From: Marsupella aquatica
Lineage: Eukaryota > Plantae > Marchantiophyta
Direction of reading: 5' to 3'
Assembly (NCBI GenBank): GCA_973895155.1
Contig: OZ316893.1
Coordinates: forward strand, 5,842,171 to 5,906,170
DNA: 64,000 bases
Shown: positions 28,341 to 39,596 of the stretch, piece by piece
Layout: each line of letters begins with the position of its first letter
Position numbering within the stretch: the stretch's first letter is position 1
Notes under the pieces: model-generated
The model's input: the letters and a program-made list of their open reading frames with translations, nothing else
Databases searched by the model: none
Told to the model about the DNA's origin: nothing
Made by a program: the position numbers and the translations under genes

Positions 28341-28628
28341 CTCGGGGGGTTAACTAAGTGTATATTTTGGGGTATCACATGTGATCCTAGCCTAATATAA
28401 ATAGACCTATTTTATAAATAAAATATTCTAAGAATATTCTCCATTTTCAATATTAATAACCCTATTTTATTTTATAAAAAGTATATATTAGAGAATATTC
28501 TATAAACATGAGTTTATAATACCTTCTTTTGCCTCCTACGCTTTTTAAAAATTTAGTTAATTTCTATCAAAAATACCTATTTTGGATCGCACGTGGTTCC
28601 TAAGATTTTTGATAGTCAACCCCCCGAG
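28341..28628. mobile_element. 288-bp MITE with 8-bp TSD (hAT-like TSD length) inserted in copia RT
   Basis: TIR CTCGGGGGGTTAACTA / TAGTCAACCCCCCGAG; TSD GGTCGGGT at 28333-28340 and 28629-28636. Removal restores MVCTRPDIAY. Confidence 0.93.
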
Positions 28629-30294
28629 GGTCGGGTGCATACCATGAGATACATTAAACTACCCACAGCACAGTTTTCATAAGGAACTTTGGATATCAAA
28701 ATTTTTTCTGTCGCATCTGATGGACAAAATGCTGCAAAAATATTGAAATGCCTTGCCAAAGGAACACTCACAACCTTAGCATCTGCCATGTTGAATTTTG
28801 AGAGTACCTTCTCTGCATATCTTTTGCGTCAGCCAAAGTTTGGCTTTGTTAACATCCCTGACAATCTCCATGCCTAGGATCCTCTTGGCTGTGCCCAAAT
28901 CCTTCATCTTAAACTCAGAACTGAGTTGGGCCTTAAGCTAATCAACTTCGCCCCTATCCTCTGCTGCAATGAGCATGTCATCCACATAAAGTACAAGGAT
29001 GACAAGCTTAAAACTTGTGTTGTTCACATGCCTGATGTAAACACATGGATCGTACACGCTTTGCACAAATCCAAGCGATTTCAAAAATTCATCAAAATGC
29101 TTGTTCAATCCACTGCCTTGGGCTCTGCTTTAATCCATACAAGGATTTTAGCAACCTGCATACCAAATTTTACTTGCCATTTTGCACAAAACCCTCTGGT
29201 TGCCTCATGTAAATCACCTCATCCAACGATCCATATAAGAATGTCGTGACAACATCCATTTGATCTAAAACCAAATCAAATAAAACTTCAAGAGCACATA
29301 GCAAACGTATTGTTGAATACTTTGCTACGGGTGAAAAAACCTCATTGTAGTCTATACCTTTCTGTTGAGTAAAACCCTTGGCTACCAACCGAGCCTTATA
29401 TAAATATCTTCTCAGCATCCTCTGTGGGTCCATCTTTCTTTCTATACACCCACTTGCTGTCAATAGCCTGCTTGTCACTAGGTAGACTTGTGAGTTCCCA
29501 AGTCTTGTTATCATGAAGGGATTTAGTTTCCATGCGCATCGCCACCTGCCACTGTTGCTTCTCCATAGAAGCTAGGACCTCTCGAAATGAGGATGGATCT
29601 CCATCTTCTATCACCAATGCATCAATAGATTCTTCATCCAAATCCACATGATCAGAAGGAAGCCAAGTTCCATACCTTTCCCAAGCTTGATGTTTACGAG
29701 TTCCTTTTTGCACTGAAGACTGTGGCTGATCTGATTGTAGTGTGCTTTGCCTTACAGTATTGTCAACATATTCTTCATTTGACACATCCTCTCCTCTTAA
29801 ATCCTCTAGAGGAGGAAATTGCACTTTGTTAGTAGTAGGGAATTGATCTATCTCCCCCTCCTTCAATGATTTGTTTTCATTGAAGGATACATCCCGACTA
29901 ACAAGTGACTTGCAATCAACTGGATCCCACAATCGATATCCACATAGCTCAAAGGAGGTTTTGTAAGTAATTGCCCGACTAGGAGAGAGATTTACTAGAT
30001 AAGCAACTATGTTGACAGCTTCCGCCCAAAAGATTTGTGGCAATTTAGAGTGGCTCAACATGCTTCTTGCTCGCTCCAACAATGTGCGGTTGAGTTGCTC
30101 AGCAACACCATTTTGCTCAGGAGTGTACACAGTTGTGAGATGGTGAGTAATTCCTTTATTTGCACAATACGTGTTGAACTCGCCAGAGGTGTATTCACCA
30201 CCATTATCTGATCGTAGATATCTCACATTCTTTGCAGTTTGTGTCTCAACTTGAGCTACCCATTGTTTGAAGATGGAAAACACTTCAAACTTAT

Positions 30295-30932
30295 GGCCTC
30301 ATTCACAATTGGAGGACCCAAAAGGAACGTCACACTCAAAAGTGACCATAGTTTATTATGCTTTAGGATATCATTTTTAGGGTGTAATGAGATGATATAG
30401 AAAATTTGATGTACTATACTTAATAAACATCCTATATGTTGGTAACATTCATTAAACTATCTAGCATTTGAGACTTTGAAGCTCTCCTTATATGTCCTTC
30501 AAAGATTGATAAAAGGACTTGTCATGCAACGGGTCACATCATTTCAGGACTCAAAAAGACTCTAAAAAATGCATTTTAGACAATAATATTTTACCAAAGC
30601 ATGCATACTAATAGCATAATCTTATATTTCAAGACTTAAATAGTGACACACACTAAACCTTTATGTACAGGACAAAAATAATCAGTAATTTTGGCTTATT
30701 TAGGGCCATCAATAACAGGATCCCTTAAAACAGTTGAAAACTTGATGTATCTACATGGTGAGGTAGGTTACACCATGTAAAATAGTATTGTGAAAAAATT
30801 AGACTTAAATGTCTTGAGATAAAATCATGATGAATATTTTTTCATGTTATGAAAATTATTTTTCACTAAAAAAACATGTTTTTGAGTCCTGAAAGTGGTT
30901 CTTGCGAGGTACACCCAATTGTGAATGAGGCC
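30295..30932. mobile_element. 638-bp MITE inserted in copia integrase
   Basis: Perfect 18-bp TIR GGCCTCATTCACAATTGG / CCAATTGTGAATGAGGCC; TSD TTAT at 30291-30294 and 30933-30936. Removal restores YFIAHKFEVF. Confidence 0.93.
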
Positions 30933-33718
30933 TTATGGGCAATGAAATAAATCCAAACAAACCTTGAGTAATCATCGATAAACGATATATAGTATTGTTT
31001 ACCTGAATGTGAGGAAATTAGAGCAGGACCCCACACATCGGAATGAATATACTCAAGTACAACTTTAGAATGATGAATGACAGTCGGAAATGGAGTTCTT
31101 ATTTTCTTGCCGACAATGCAATGATCACAAAAACTCAACTTGCATGCTTGCAATCCTGGTAGGAGATGTCGCTTGTGTAGGATTTCCAAACTTTTTTCAC
31201 TCATGTGACCAAGCCGAGCATGCCATAAATTGATTTTCTCCTCCTAAAATGTGACCAAATTGACTTCGGCAAGAAGGGTGGTGCCTTCCAAGACATAGAT
31301 GTTTCTTTTCCTCTTGCCAATAAGAACTTCATTTGATCCATGCGTGACTGTTAATACCCCATCAATTGCACTCCATTGATAACCCTTCGCATCCAAGTAG
31401 CCAAGAGAAATCAAATTTTTACACATTTATGGAATGTGTCTAACATTTGATAGAGTACAGTACTTACCACCTAGTAGTTGAATCTTGGATCCAATCCCTA
31501 AAACTTTACAAGAATGATTATTTCCCATCAAAACAGATCCGTTGATAGGAGTGTAGGATGAGAAAAGTTCACGCATATAACACATGTGATACGAGCAAGC
31601 AGAATCCAAGATCCATTGACAATCCTCAACTTGGGAAGTGGTACACAATGCAAATCCTTCACTATCCTCTTCTCAAACAACTACTTGGGCTGAAGAACCA
31701 ACAACTTCCTTGAATGTGTTTTTGACGCGACAATCCTTCTTCATGTGGCCCACTTTGTCACACTTCCAACACTTTATCTCACGAGTAGACCTGGATGGTG
31801 ATTTGGATCGAGATCTAGGTCTGGATCTAAACCTCCTCCTACCAAAGGATCGATCGTGGAACCTTCCTCGCTCCATGGGAAGTGGGTTAAACCGTTTATT
31901 TTCATGAGATGACTCCCTTGTTTTGCCTCTTTCTACCAATAGTGCTGTTGATGATGAGGTTGAGGTAGGATGAGCTGAAGAAACCAGCTTAGACTGCATA
32001 TCATCGGTCAATAGGGCACTCACTACATCATTGTAGGATATAGTTGTCTTATCACGGAATAGAAGAACTCAAGACAAAGATTGGTATGAAGGTGGTAGTG
32101 AGCTCACGAGTTGTAAGGCTTTCTTTTCTTCGCTCAAATGCTCCCCCAAATTCTCTAGGTCAACCATAAGATCATTGAACTGATCGATATGATCTTGAAT
32201 CTTGACTCCATCAGCCATTTTGAATTGCATGAGCTTCAGGCTTGCATACATTCGGTTTGACATCTCCTTCTTATAGTACTTGTTGCGCAATGCTTGAAAC
32301 AAGTCCGTCACCGTTTGTGTTGCTTTTTCCTCGAACTGCTTTTTCACATTGTTTTTCAAGTACATGCCAACAATACTTATCGCTTGATCCTGGAGATCAT
32401 GCCAATCATCATCTTCCATCTCCTTGGGTTGAGATCTTATTACCTTGCCTAGGCCCATCGCCCTAAGTGCATCCCTCACGTTACGTTCCCACATTGTATA
32501 GTCCATCCGACCATCAAATTTTTCCACCTCAAAACTTTGACCTCCAATCCTAGTAGTCGACATCGCTGGAATGCCAAATGTAGTGTGGAGTCGCCTTCCG
32601 ACAAGAAATAAATGTCGAATGCTCAGATGTGGGGTGTGAAAATAAGGCCAAAAATGAAAGTTGGTGAATTTTGAAACTGATCACTCCTATGTGTAGCCCA
32701 CAAGGTAACGCTCCAAATTTTGAAAACGGTTTGTCAAATGGACTCTCGAGTGCCAAGAATTTTTACTCCAACCGGAGGGGGGTTAAAGATGAAATAATTA
32801 CCCCTCGAGGGAATCTCTTATGCCAAAGATTCCACTAGTATACTTTTTCAGAATCAAACACACCAATACTTGCCTAGCTTCCTCAAGTACGCCTCTCCAA
32901 AAGTTGAAGTTGATCCGATTTTATTTGCCGCTCAGAATCTTTGACCTTCGGTAAAAATTTAAGCCTCTGGAAAATAATCTTTTCGGGAAATTTCGTCCAC
33001 CCTTGTACAGCCCATGTGGGGGACTTCACAGGGGGCACTTCCCCCTGCCCGAGCCCTGTCGAGCCTAAAAGGCCTCCTCAAAGTTTTCGACCTCCTCGCA
33101 CGTCCGCGGAAGTCGCGACTACTCACGGCAGAAAGTACCCCTCGGCGGATTCACTCAAATTCCCGTCTCAGTGTTTGACGAAATCCAATTTTGATTTCAG
33201 ATTCAGAAACTAGACTTCGAGGGCATCAAGATTGATATAAAGAACTCGCAAAACGGTGGAGTAATGAGGGAGAAACAATTCGGTGAAAGTGACTGATATT
33301 AAGTTATTCCCCATAGCCAAAATTTTGAGCTCAAAAAATGAGAATTGAAATTAAGATTGGTTCTCAACCGTTTAACGGAATTCAACGATGTTGATATCAA
33401 AACGTCTAGAAAGACAAGGCGCTCAAGCGTATCTCAGTTTCAAGTCCCAATAGAATAATCAAAAAGACTGATCTGAGAAATTGACCTTATCTCTTGCCCG
33501 ATAACGTAAATTGAAAACCGTCACTTACAATTGTTTCCGTTTCTGACCTCAAGCTTTCACTGCTTCACTGAAATGAGCCCCTAGTTGTGTGCTCCACACT
33601 TGTGAGAAGATTGAGTCTGATCTTCTTTCAATAGCTCCGCTCCGAAGAGGAAATCATCCGCTGTTCGCTTTGCTTGAAGCAAGTTCTATGAAGTTCCTAA
33701 TCGACTGAAAAAATCTGA

Positions 33719-33730
33719 GCTCTGATACCA
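33719..33730 (-). promoter_or_regulatory. Primer-binding site (tRNA-iMet 3' end)
   Basis: GCTCTGATACCA on + reads TGGTATCAGAGC on minus, 2 nt from the 5' LTR. Confidence 0.95.
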
Positions 33731-33732
33731 AT

Positions 33733-34056
33733 TGTGGGGAGAAATCAGATCAGGAAAAACACTCCAAACATACACGTGCTCAATAGTTACGTGGTTCACT
33801 TCAAGGTTGGCTTCATCCACGGGAAGACCAAGCTTTATTAGCGGTTATATGTCTACTCAAGCATCACCATAGCTCTCATCTCTTCAAGCTTTCATCTCTT
33901 GTTATATCACTGTGTTCTCTCTTGAGAACTCTCTTGTGTGTTCTCACACCACATAGAAGTTGAAGAGATAAGGACCAATCTCTTCAACTAGGGTTTACTC
34001 TAACCCTAGTTAACATATTAACCATAGTTCAACCCAAGACTGAGTTAACCTCTACA
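33733..34056 (-). repeat. 5' LTR of copia element 1
   Basis: TGTGGGGAGA...CCTCTACA, followed by TSD GAGAG. Confidence 0.95.
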
Positions 34057-35868
34057 GAGAGAAAGTGCTCCCAATCATGCAGTGGGAGTCCTGCCCACAT
34101 CAATTCTACTTTCTAAGTCATGCAGCCGGCTACTGCCCCTACAATCTTACTTTTTATAAGGCAAGATTTTCATTCCTTATAATGGGCTTATATCAAATTG
34201 ACCATGTGAAGTTTCATTACACTAGACTAAACATACTCCTGCACCTCTCATCTCAGACAAGGAATCCATGCACACTTGTTTTCAATTGATATAAAAAACA
34301 GGATGGAAAAATTTGACCAACCCAAATTATATGACTTTTTCTGAATCAGGGTCTAAAGCCAAACTAGCCAGCTTTTTGGATTTGTTTTTCCAAAATTTAG
34401 AATTCTATTAATAAAATTTACTACTAGTTTAAGATTTGTTTCTATCCTACATGGAAAAGAAGAAAATCAAAATTAGATATGACTGAGAAAATTGTAGAAG
34501 AAGAAAACCTATCTTTTTTTTCAATTTGATGTTTTATTATACCCACCCTTAGTCCACGTAAGAATGTAGACGGTGTTTGGAGGGGGGATCACATTAATTC
34601 CATTCATTTTTTTAGGAGGATGAGAAGGGGACAACCCTGTATCAGCCAGAACATGCTCCCTGCGCACTACATGCCTGCTTCCTAGGGTGCATACTTGTCT
34701 ATTATACAAGAGTTGCATACAGGGGGCAATAATAATATTTTGTGTGCTTTTTCTATGCATTGAGCTCTACATTTAGAACCAATAAAATATCATGTATTTT
34801 ATCACACCCGATGTGCCATTTTAGTGGAACTTAGACCCAGCACTTCCTACCAGTATTAGTCGCAATGTCAGCCTATCCAAAATGACAATTGTTGCCCATA
34901 ATTGTAATTGTGAAGGCGAAAACAACAACAAGGTTGTAATGACAATTTTGGAATGCACTATCATTTTACTGCAGGAATTAAAGCATGTATAATTGCTTTA
35001 TTAACAGGGAAGCTTAGTACATACGTCCCCATATTATGTTCAACCCGTTATTTGCACCATGAAACACAATTGGAGAATGTGAGATCCTGAAGCAAGGCTC
35101 TTTATAAACTTAAGGGCATAGTCACTTGACTTGGTGTCAGTCTACTACTACTACTACTACTAAACACTGACCTCAAGATGTCGACCATCAATTCACTATT
35201 TTCTGAGCTTTTCAAAATTTGCCAACTTTTTGGTAGCCCAAATTCTGTAGATTTCTGATTTTTATTCTGTGTAAAACAAAACTTGAAATCAGATCCAAAA
35301 GATGGAGAAGAATATACAAGGAATCAAATACAAAATTAGAGAGTGCTATATGGTCAATCCACCTGTCAGTGTTTCGTCTTACTAAGAAATTTTGTCACAT
35401 ATTTTTAATTTTTGTATCACTTGTATAATCCATATTTTTGATTACTCCCTAGTATTTTTATCTTCCTATACTAGAACTCTCTCCTCCCCACTACATTTAG
35501 TTTTCAGTGCAAATTATACTTTCAAACCCATTAGCAGATTTTTTTGGAATTTCTTGCAATTCTAGTGCATGAGAGAGAATTAGTACTTTAACTTTTATTT
35601 ACCAAACTTTATGGGTTTTGTTGTCATTACTTAGGGCGGGGTATCTTTTAAACCTTATGTGTGTTAAGGTAAGAATGAGAATCAGTACTGTATAATCTGG
35701 TAATGGTTGTACATATAGTGGTGCCGGTCCGGTGACTGGCTGTAAATGGTAACATTACACCGGTTAAATTATAGTCCTTTAGTCTTAGAAGCGTCAGCCA
35801 GAAGTTAATCCAGGGTATTTAGGGAGCAGCACGCAAGGACCGGTAGCAGTTCATTGCATCCTGTTAGA

Positions 35869-36477
35869 ATGGTGGAAAGGCTAGAATTAGGAGAGGCGAC
35901 GATCATCGCGATTAGTGGCCGGATAGGAGTAGAGTTCTGTTATGAAGGTTGCGATGGCTTTCTAGCAAATGGCAAGGTCTGTGCCTTAGGCACAAGGGCT
36001 CGACAGAAAAGACAAGAGGGGACCGACATGGGAACCCCTATTAGCCGAAATCGAGTAGGGCATAGGTGTAAACCGCTAGGCGAAGGAGTGCTTATGTTTA
36101 TGTTCACCATTCGGGTGAAAGAAGGGAGTTGTCGTGTCTGGGATGAGGCCGGGCAACAATTGTTTGGAATGAAGGGCGAAGAGTTTCGTCAGCAATTCAC
36201 GACCAGCGGGGCCATTGAGGGATTCTGCCAAAATGTCATGCGGAAGAAGTGGAATCTGGTACTAAGGCGGGATAACAACCGCGATCAACGGATTGCATGG
36301 CGATTAATCACCGCCGGTCAAGTAATCGTCGCCAACAAAGCGACTACCGCTAAGGAAGGGGACGATAACCTAAATGTCGTTTCACACTTAGCAGAATTGG
36401 CGATCGAAAGTCCGGAAGCTTCCAGTTCAGGCGCCATCAAAGAAGAGAATCAAAGGCGTCGTTGCACAGTTCAGTAA
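35869..36477 (+). CDS. RPA1 C-terminal (Rep_fac-A_C)-like OB-fold protein encoded inside the TG...CA element
   Basis: Intact 202-aa ORF from ATG 35869. ATIIAI..FCYEGC..KVC..RC..FMFTIRV..GSCRVWDEAGQQLFGMKGEEF parallels RPA1 DBD-C (ATI..I..YxAC..KK..Y.l...D.tG..w...FdE.ae.llG..a.el). Confidence 0.65.
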   Translation: MVERLELGEATIIAISGRIGVEFCYEGCDGFLANGKVCALGTRARQKRQEGTDMGTPISRNRVGHRCKPLGEGVLMFMFTIRVKEGSCRVWDEAGQQLFGMKGEEFRQQFTTSGAIEGFCQNVMRKKWNLVLRRDNNRDQRIAWRLITAGQVIVANKATTAKEGDDNLNVVSHLAELAIESPEASSSGAIKEENQRRRCTVQ

Positions 36478-37342
36478 CCACAAGAATCTTCTTGACATGT
36501 AAACACGGTTCTTGGCTCGCTCATCGTTCTTGGCAGGAGACAGTTAGAGTTTCTTTGCAGATTAGCGCAGGAGACCACGGCTGAAGGGCGAACCGTCCAA
36601 CTGAAGTCGGCGCGCCCCGGAAAGTAGTTAGAAACCTCAGCAAAGACGGACGCGAGGCATAGGTATTTAGAGGCTGTGGAGCGCTAGGCGCTCTGTCACT
36701 TTTTGCTAGGAGCTTGGTTGAGAGGTAGAGCCGGACTCACCTCAAGATTACCAGCGTTTTGTATTAATGTCCCTACTCATTTTGAGTAGTTTTCGATTAT
36801 AAAGAGATGTGTATGAATGCAATAGAGTGCAGAGGAACTTTGTTACCTTGTGCTTGAGCGGTGAGTAAGAGTCCAGAGTCAACGTTGGAAGAATGTTGTG
36901 AATCAAGTCAGAAGAAGCAGTAACTTTGAAAGTCATTCGAAGAAGGAGAGGCATTCGTGATTAATACTGAGAGTCGAGGAGTGCGGTTATGGGAGTTCGC
37001 ACGAAGTACTCATTAGGAACATGTGTTAAGTCGATTAATCGTAAATCGCTGGGATGAATGGAAATCGTCTCACTACGAGTGAGGACCTTACGGTTTAGCA
37101 CGTTAAGGTAGCGATTTAACAGACAACTCGTGGGAAGCAAGGTCTGGTTGGAGATTGTGTGTATCCAGGATGTGACCTTGGTCGTCGTACACCTTCAACA
37201 TACAGGGTCAACCGTTAAATTGGGGTTCCTACTACGAATACCTCTATTTAAATTGCTTGATTTAGCCAAAGATAGATCGATTGCCAGGAAGGCCGATTGA
37301 GGGACAGCAGGACCTAACCCGGTCACTGCTACTATAACAACC

Positions 37343-37663
37343 ATGAATGTAGACAGTAAGGTGGACAAGCCTTGCTCCTTGATTAAGTTAAGACCACTGG
37401 AATTGTGGATCTGTTCCATCGGTTCCCACCTGATTACCCGAGCGTTACGCCAGGAGAGTATTCCCATCTGTTTAATTACTTACCGCTATTGGTGTGGGTT
37501 TATCGAGATCATCTACAGGGAGGGTCTGGTGTTGACTGAAGCAGTCGTGCCCAAGAGGTGGAAGGAAGAGTTAGACATTATAGAGCACTTGGTAGGATTC
37601 ACTTACGGGGACTATATAGAGGAAGAGGGGAGTACCCCGCTAGAAGGTCGGTTGATCGTTTAA
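37343..37663 (+). CDS. Unknown conserved protein (ORF2 of the TG...CA element; may be the C-terminal part of a longer decayed ORF)
   Basis: 106-aa ORF. Its last ~65 codons align without gaps to 63794-63991 (minus), with the same stop and mostly synonymous changes. Confidence 0.7.
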   Translation: MNVDSKVDKPCSLIKLRPLELWICSIGSHLITRALRQESIPICLITYRYWCGFIEIIYREGLVLTEAVVPKRWKEELDIIEHLVGFTYGDYIEEEGSTPLEGRLIV

Positions 37664-38081
37664 GCGGGAGATACTGCAAAGAAGGCAGTTAGACGTCCGT
37701 TAATCGCAAGTCAAACTGGGCGTTTAACACTGGCTGGTCTGGTCGTCCGGTCACCAGGTAGAGTCTAACACTCCCCTTTGGATATATAGTGACAATTATA
37801 TAGACAACATAGACTATACCTATTATATCATGTTCATAGGAAATACATGATATAAGTACAAGCGAGATAGACTACCTCGTTAAAAAACCTTTATCAACTC
37901 TAGCTTAGTAAAAACTCTACCAGTGTAGCAGAGAAAAATATGAGTGCTAAAGGAAAAAGAGTGCAGCCTAACAGTCCTCGTCGTAATAAATGTCAATATT
38001 AAATAAAGTTAGATGTTATGGTAAATCTAGCTTTAATATCTGTCTCAATAGTAGGTCGTCAGCATCATGTCATCAACAGCA

Positions 38082-39596
38082 TCAATCATCATGTGGAGTA
38101 GCAGCTTCCACGGTCATCATGCGTCGCACGCTCCGCAGTCCAATCGCCTGGCAGTGTCGGTGATGAACTAATGGTGGTAGTGATTTGGTGAAGAGATCTG
38201 CACAGTTGTCTGCACTTGAAATCTGCAAAATGTTGATCTCTTTTCCATGTAACTCGTGGGTGTAGAAAAACTTTGGAGCTATATGCTTCAGGCGATCGCC
38301 TTTGATGAATCCTTTTGTGATCTGCTGTATACATGCTGCGTTATCCTCAAAAATGTTAGTAGGCTTCGTTAGTGGTGGTAGGCCGCATTTGGTGTTGATA
38401 TGGTTTATAAAGGATCGTAACCAAATGGCTTCACGACTAGCCTCATGTAGAGCTAAGATTTCTGAGTGATTCGATGAGGTTGCTGTTAGGGTCTGTTTCA
38501 CGCTTTTCCAAGAAAAAGCGGTACCCCCTATGGTAAAAATGTATCCAATTTGGGATTTTGCGGTATCAGTGTCGGAGAGATATCCGGCATCCGCATATCC
38601 TATGAGCTTGTGGTTTGCACCGAATGGGTAAAATAACCCGGTATCAATGGTTCCATGTAGATATCTAAATACGTGCTTAACTCCGTTCTAGTGTCTGGTT
38701 GTGGGAGTTGCAGTATGTCTAGCTAGTAAGTTAACTGCAAATGCAATGTCTGGTCGTGTCTGATTTGCTAGATACATTAATGCTCCTATCGTAGAAAGGT
38801 ATGGGGTTTCTGGTCCTAATAGTGGTTCATGCTCTTCGTGCTTGCAAAAAACATCAGTATTGTTTCTAATGAACGTACAACCATTGGTGACGTCAATGGG
38901 TGTGCTAGGTTCATATTGAACTATTTTAGGATCTTTTCAGTTTGTGTGGTTTGATGGAGCATCATGCCAGTAGGTAAGATCTCCAGTTGTAATCCTAAGC
39001 AAAAGTTTGTATGTCCAAGGTCTTTCATCTCAAATGTTGATTTAAGACTAGTAATAGTATCTTCTGTAATTTGGGGTGTCATCTAAGTCATCAACATAGA
39101 TAGAAATGATGACATATTCGTCATCCACATGTTTAATAAATAAACATGGTGTAATGGCATCATGGGAAAAACCCATGGCAATCATTTCATCAGTAAATCT
39201 TTGATACCATACTCTGCCACTTTGTTTCAGGCCATATAATGCCTTCAACACGCGGATAGCTAGTCCACGGCGAGTATTCCGTACGGTTGACACAACGGTG
39301 TCGTTATTATGAGTTACGTGTGTAGATGACACATGAGGTGTAACTTGATATAATTGTTTTATAATCTTATGTAAATATGGGATATGCGATTTAGCGCCTT
39401 GCTCGGTGATATTGTTCCAACTCGGGAGGTGATTGCATGTATAGACAAGTGTCTAAAGTTCCATATAGATATGCGGTTGCAACATCCAGTTATCGCATTT
39501 GTAGTTTATGGAAAATGGCAAATCCGATAAGGTATCGGAATGTTGTGCTATCCATAACCGGTGAGTAAGTTTCATCGTAATGAATTCTCGGTTGTT
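38082..39596 (-). pseudogene. Bianca pol: RT (C-terminal part) and RNase H
   Basis: YDETYSPVMD, ALYGLKQSGRVWY, IYVDDL, YLANQTRPDIAFAVNLLAR, GYADAGYLSD, FEDNAAC. Several stops and frameshifts. Confidence 0.93.

Larger units (their letters stand above)
27723..32563 (-). pseudogene. Copia 1 gag-pol, disrupted by stops, frameshifts and two insertions
   Basis: gag VEKFDG..W; zinc knuckle CWKCDKVGHMKKDC; PR WILDSACSYHM; IN WHARLGH, HSDVWGP, LRSDNGGEY, PEQNGVAE; RT YKARLVAKGFTQ; RH GYVDADYA, HCDSQSA, KHIDVRYH. Confidence 0.95.
27205..34056 (-). mobile_element. Ty1/copia LTR retrotransposon (Tnt1/Tork-like), degenerate, full length
   Basis: 324-bp LTRs 27205-27528 and 33733-34056 (TG...CA); TSD GAGAG at 27200-27204 and 34057-34061; tRNA-iMet PBS; PPT; gag-PR-IN-RT-RH order. 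Confidence 0.97.
35741..37729 (+). mobile_element. 1989-bp TG...CA element (solo-LTR-like) with 5-bp TSD, carrying two ORFs
   Basis: Starts TGTAAA and ends TTAACA; CTGGC duplicated at 35736-35740 and 37730-37734; TATA-like GGTATTTAGAG at ~36662. A homologous terminus occurs at 63728. Confidence 0.9.
35662..37770 (-). repeat. 3' LTR of Bianca element, split by a 2-kb insertion
   Basis: 35662-35740 matches the start of 50101-50225 and 37735-37770 matches its end. PPT (CCAAAGGGGAG on minus) is at 37771-37781. Confidence 0.93.
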
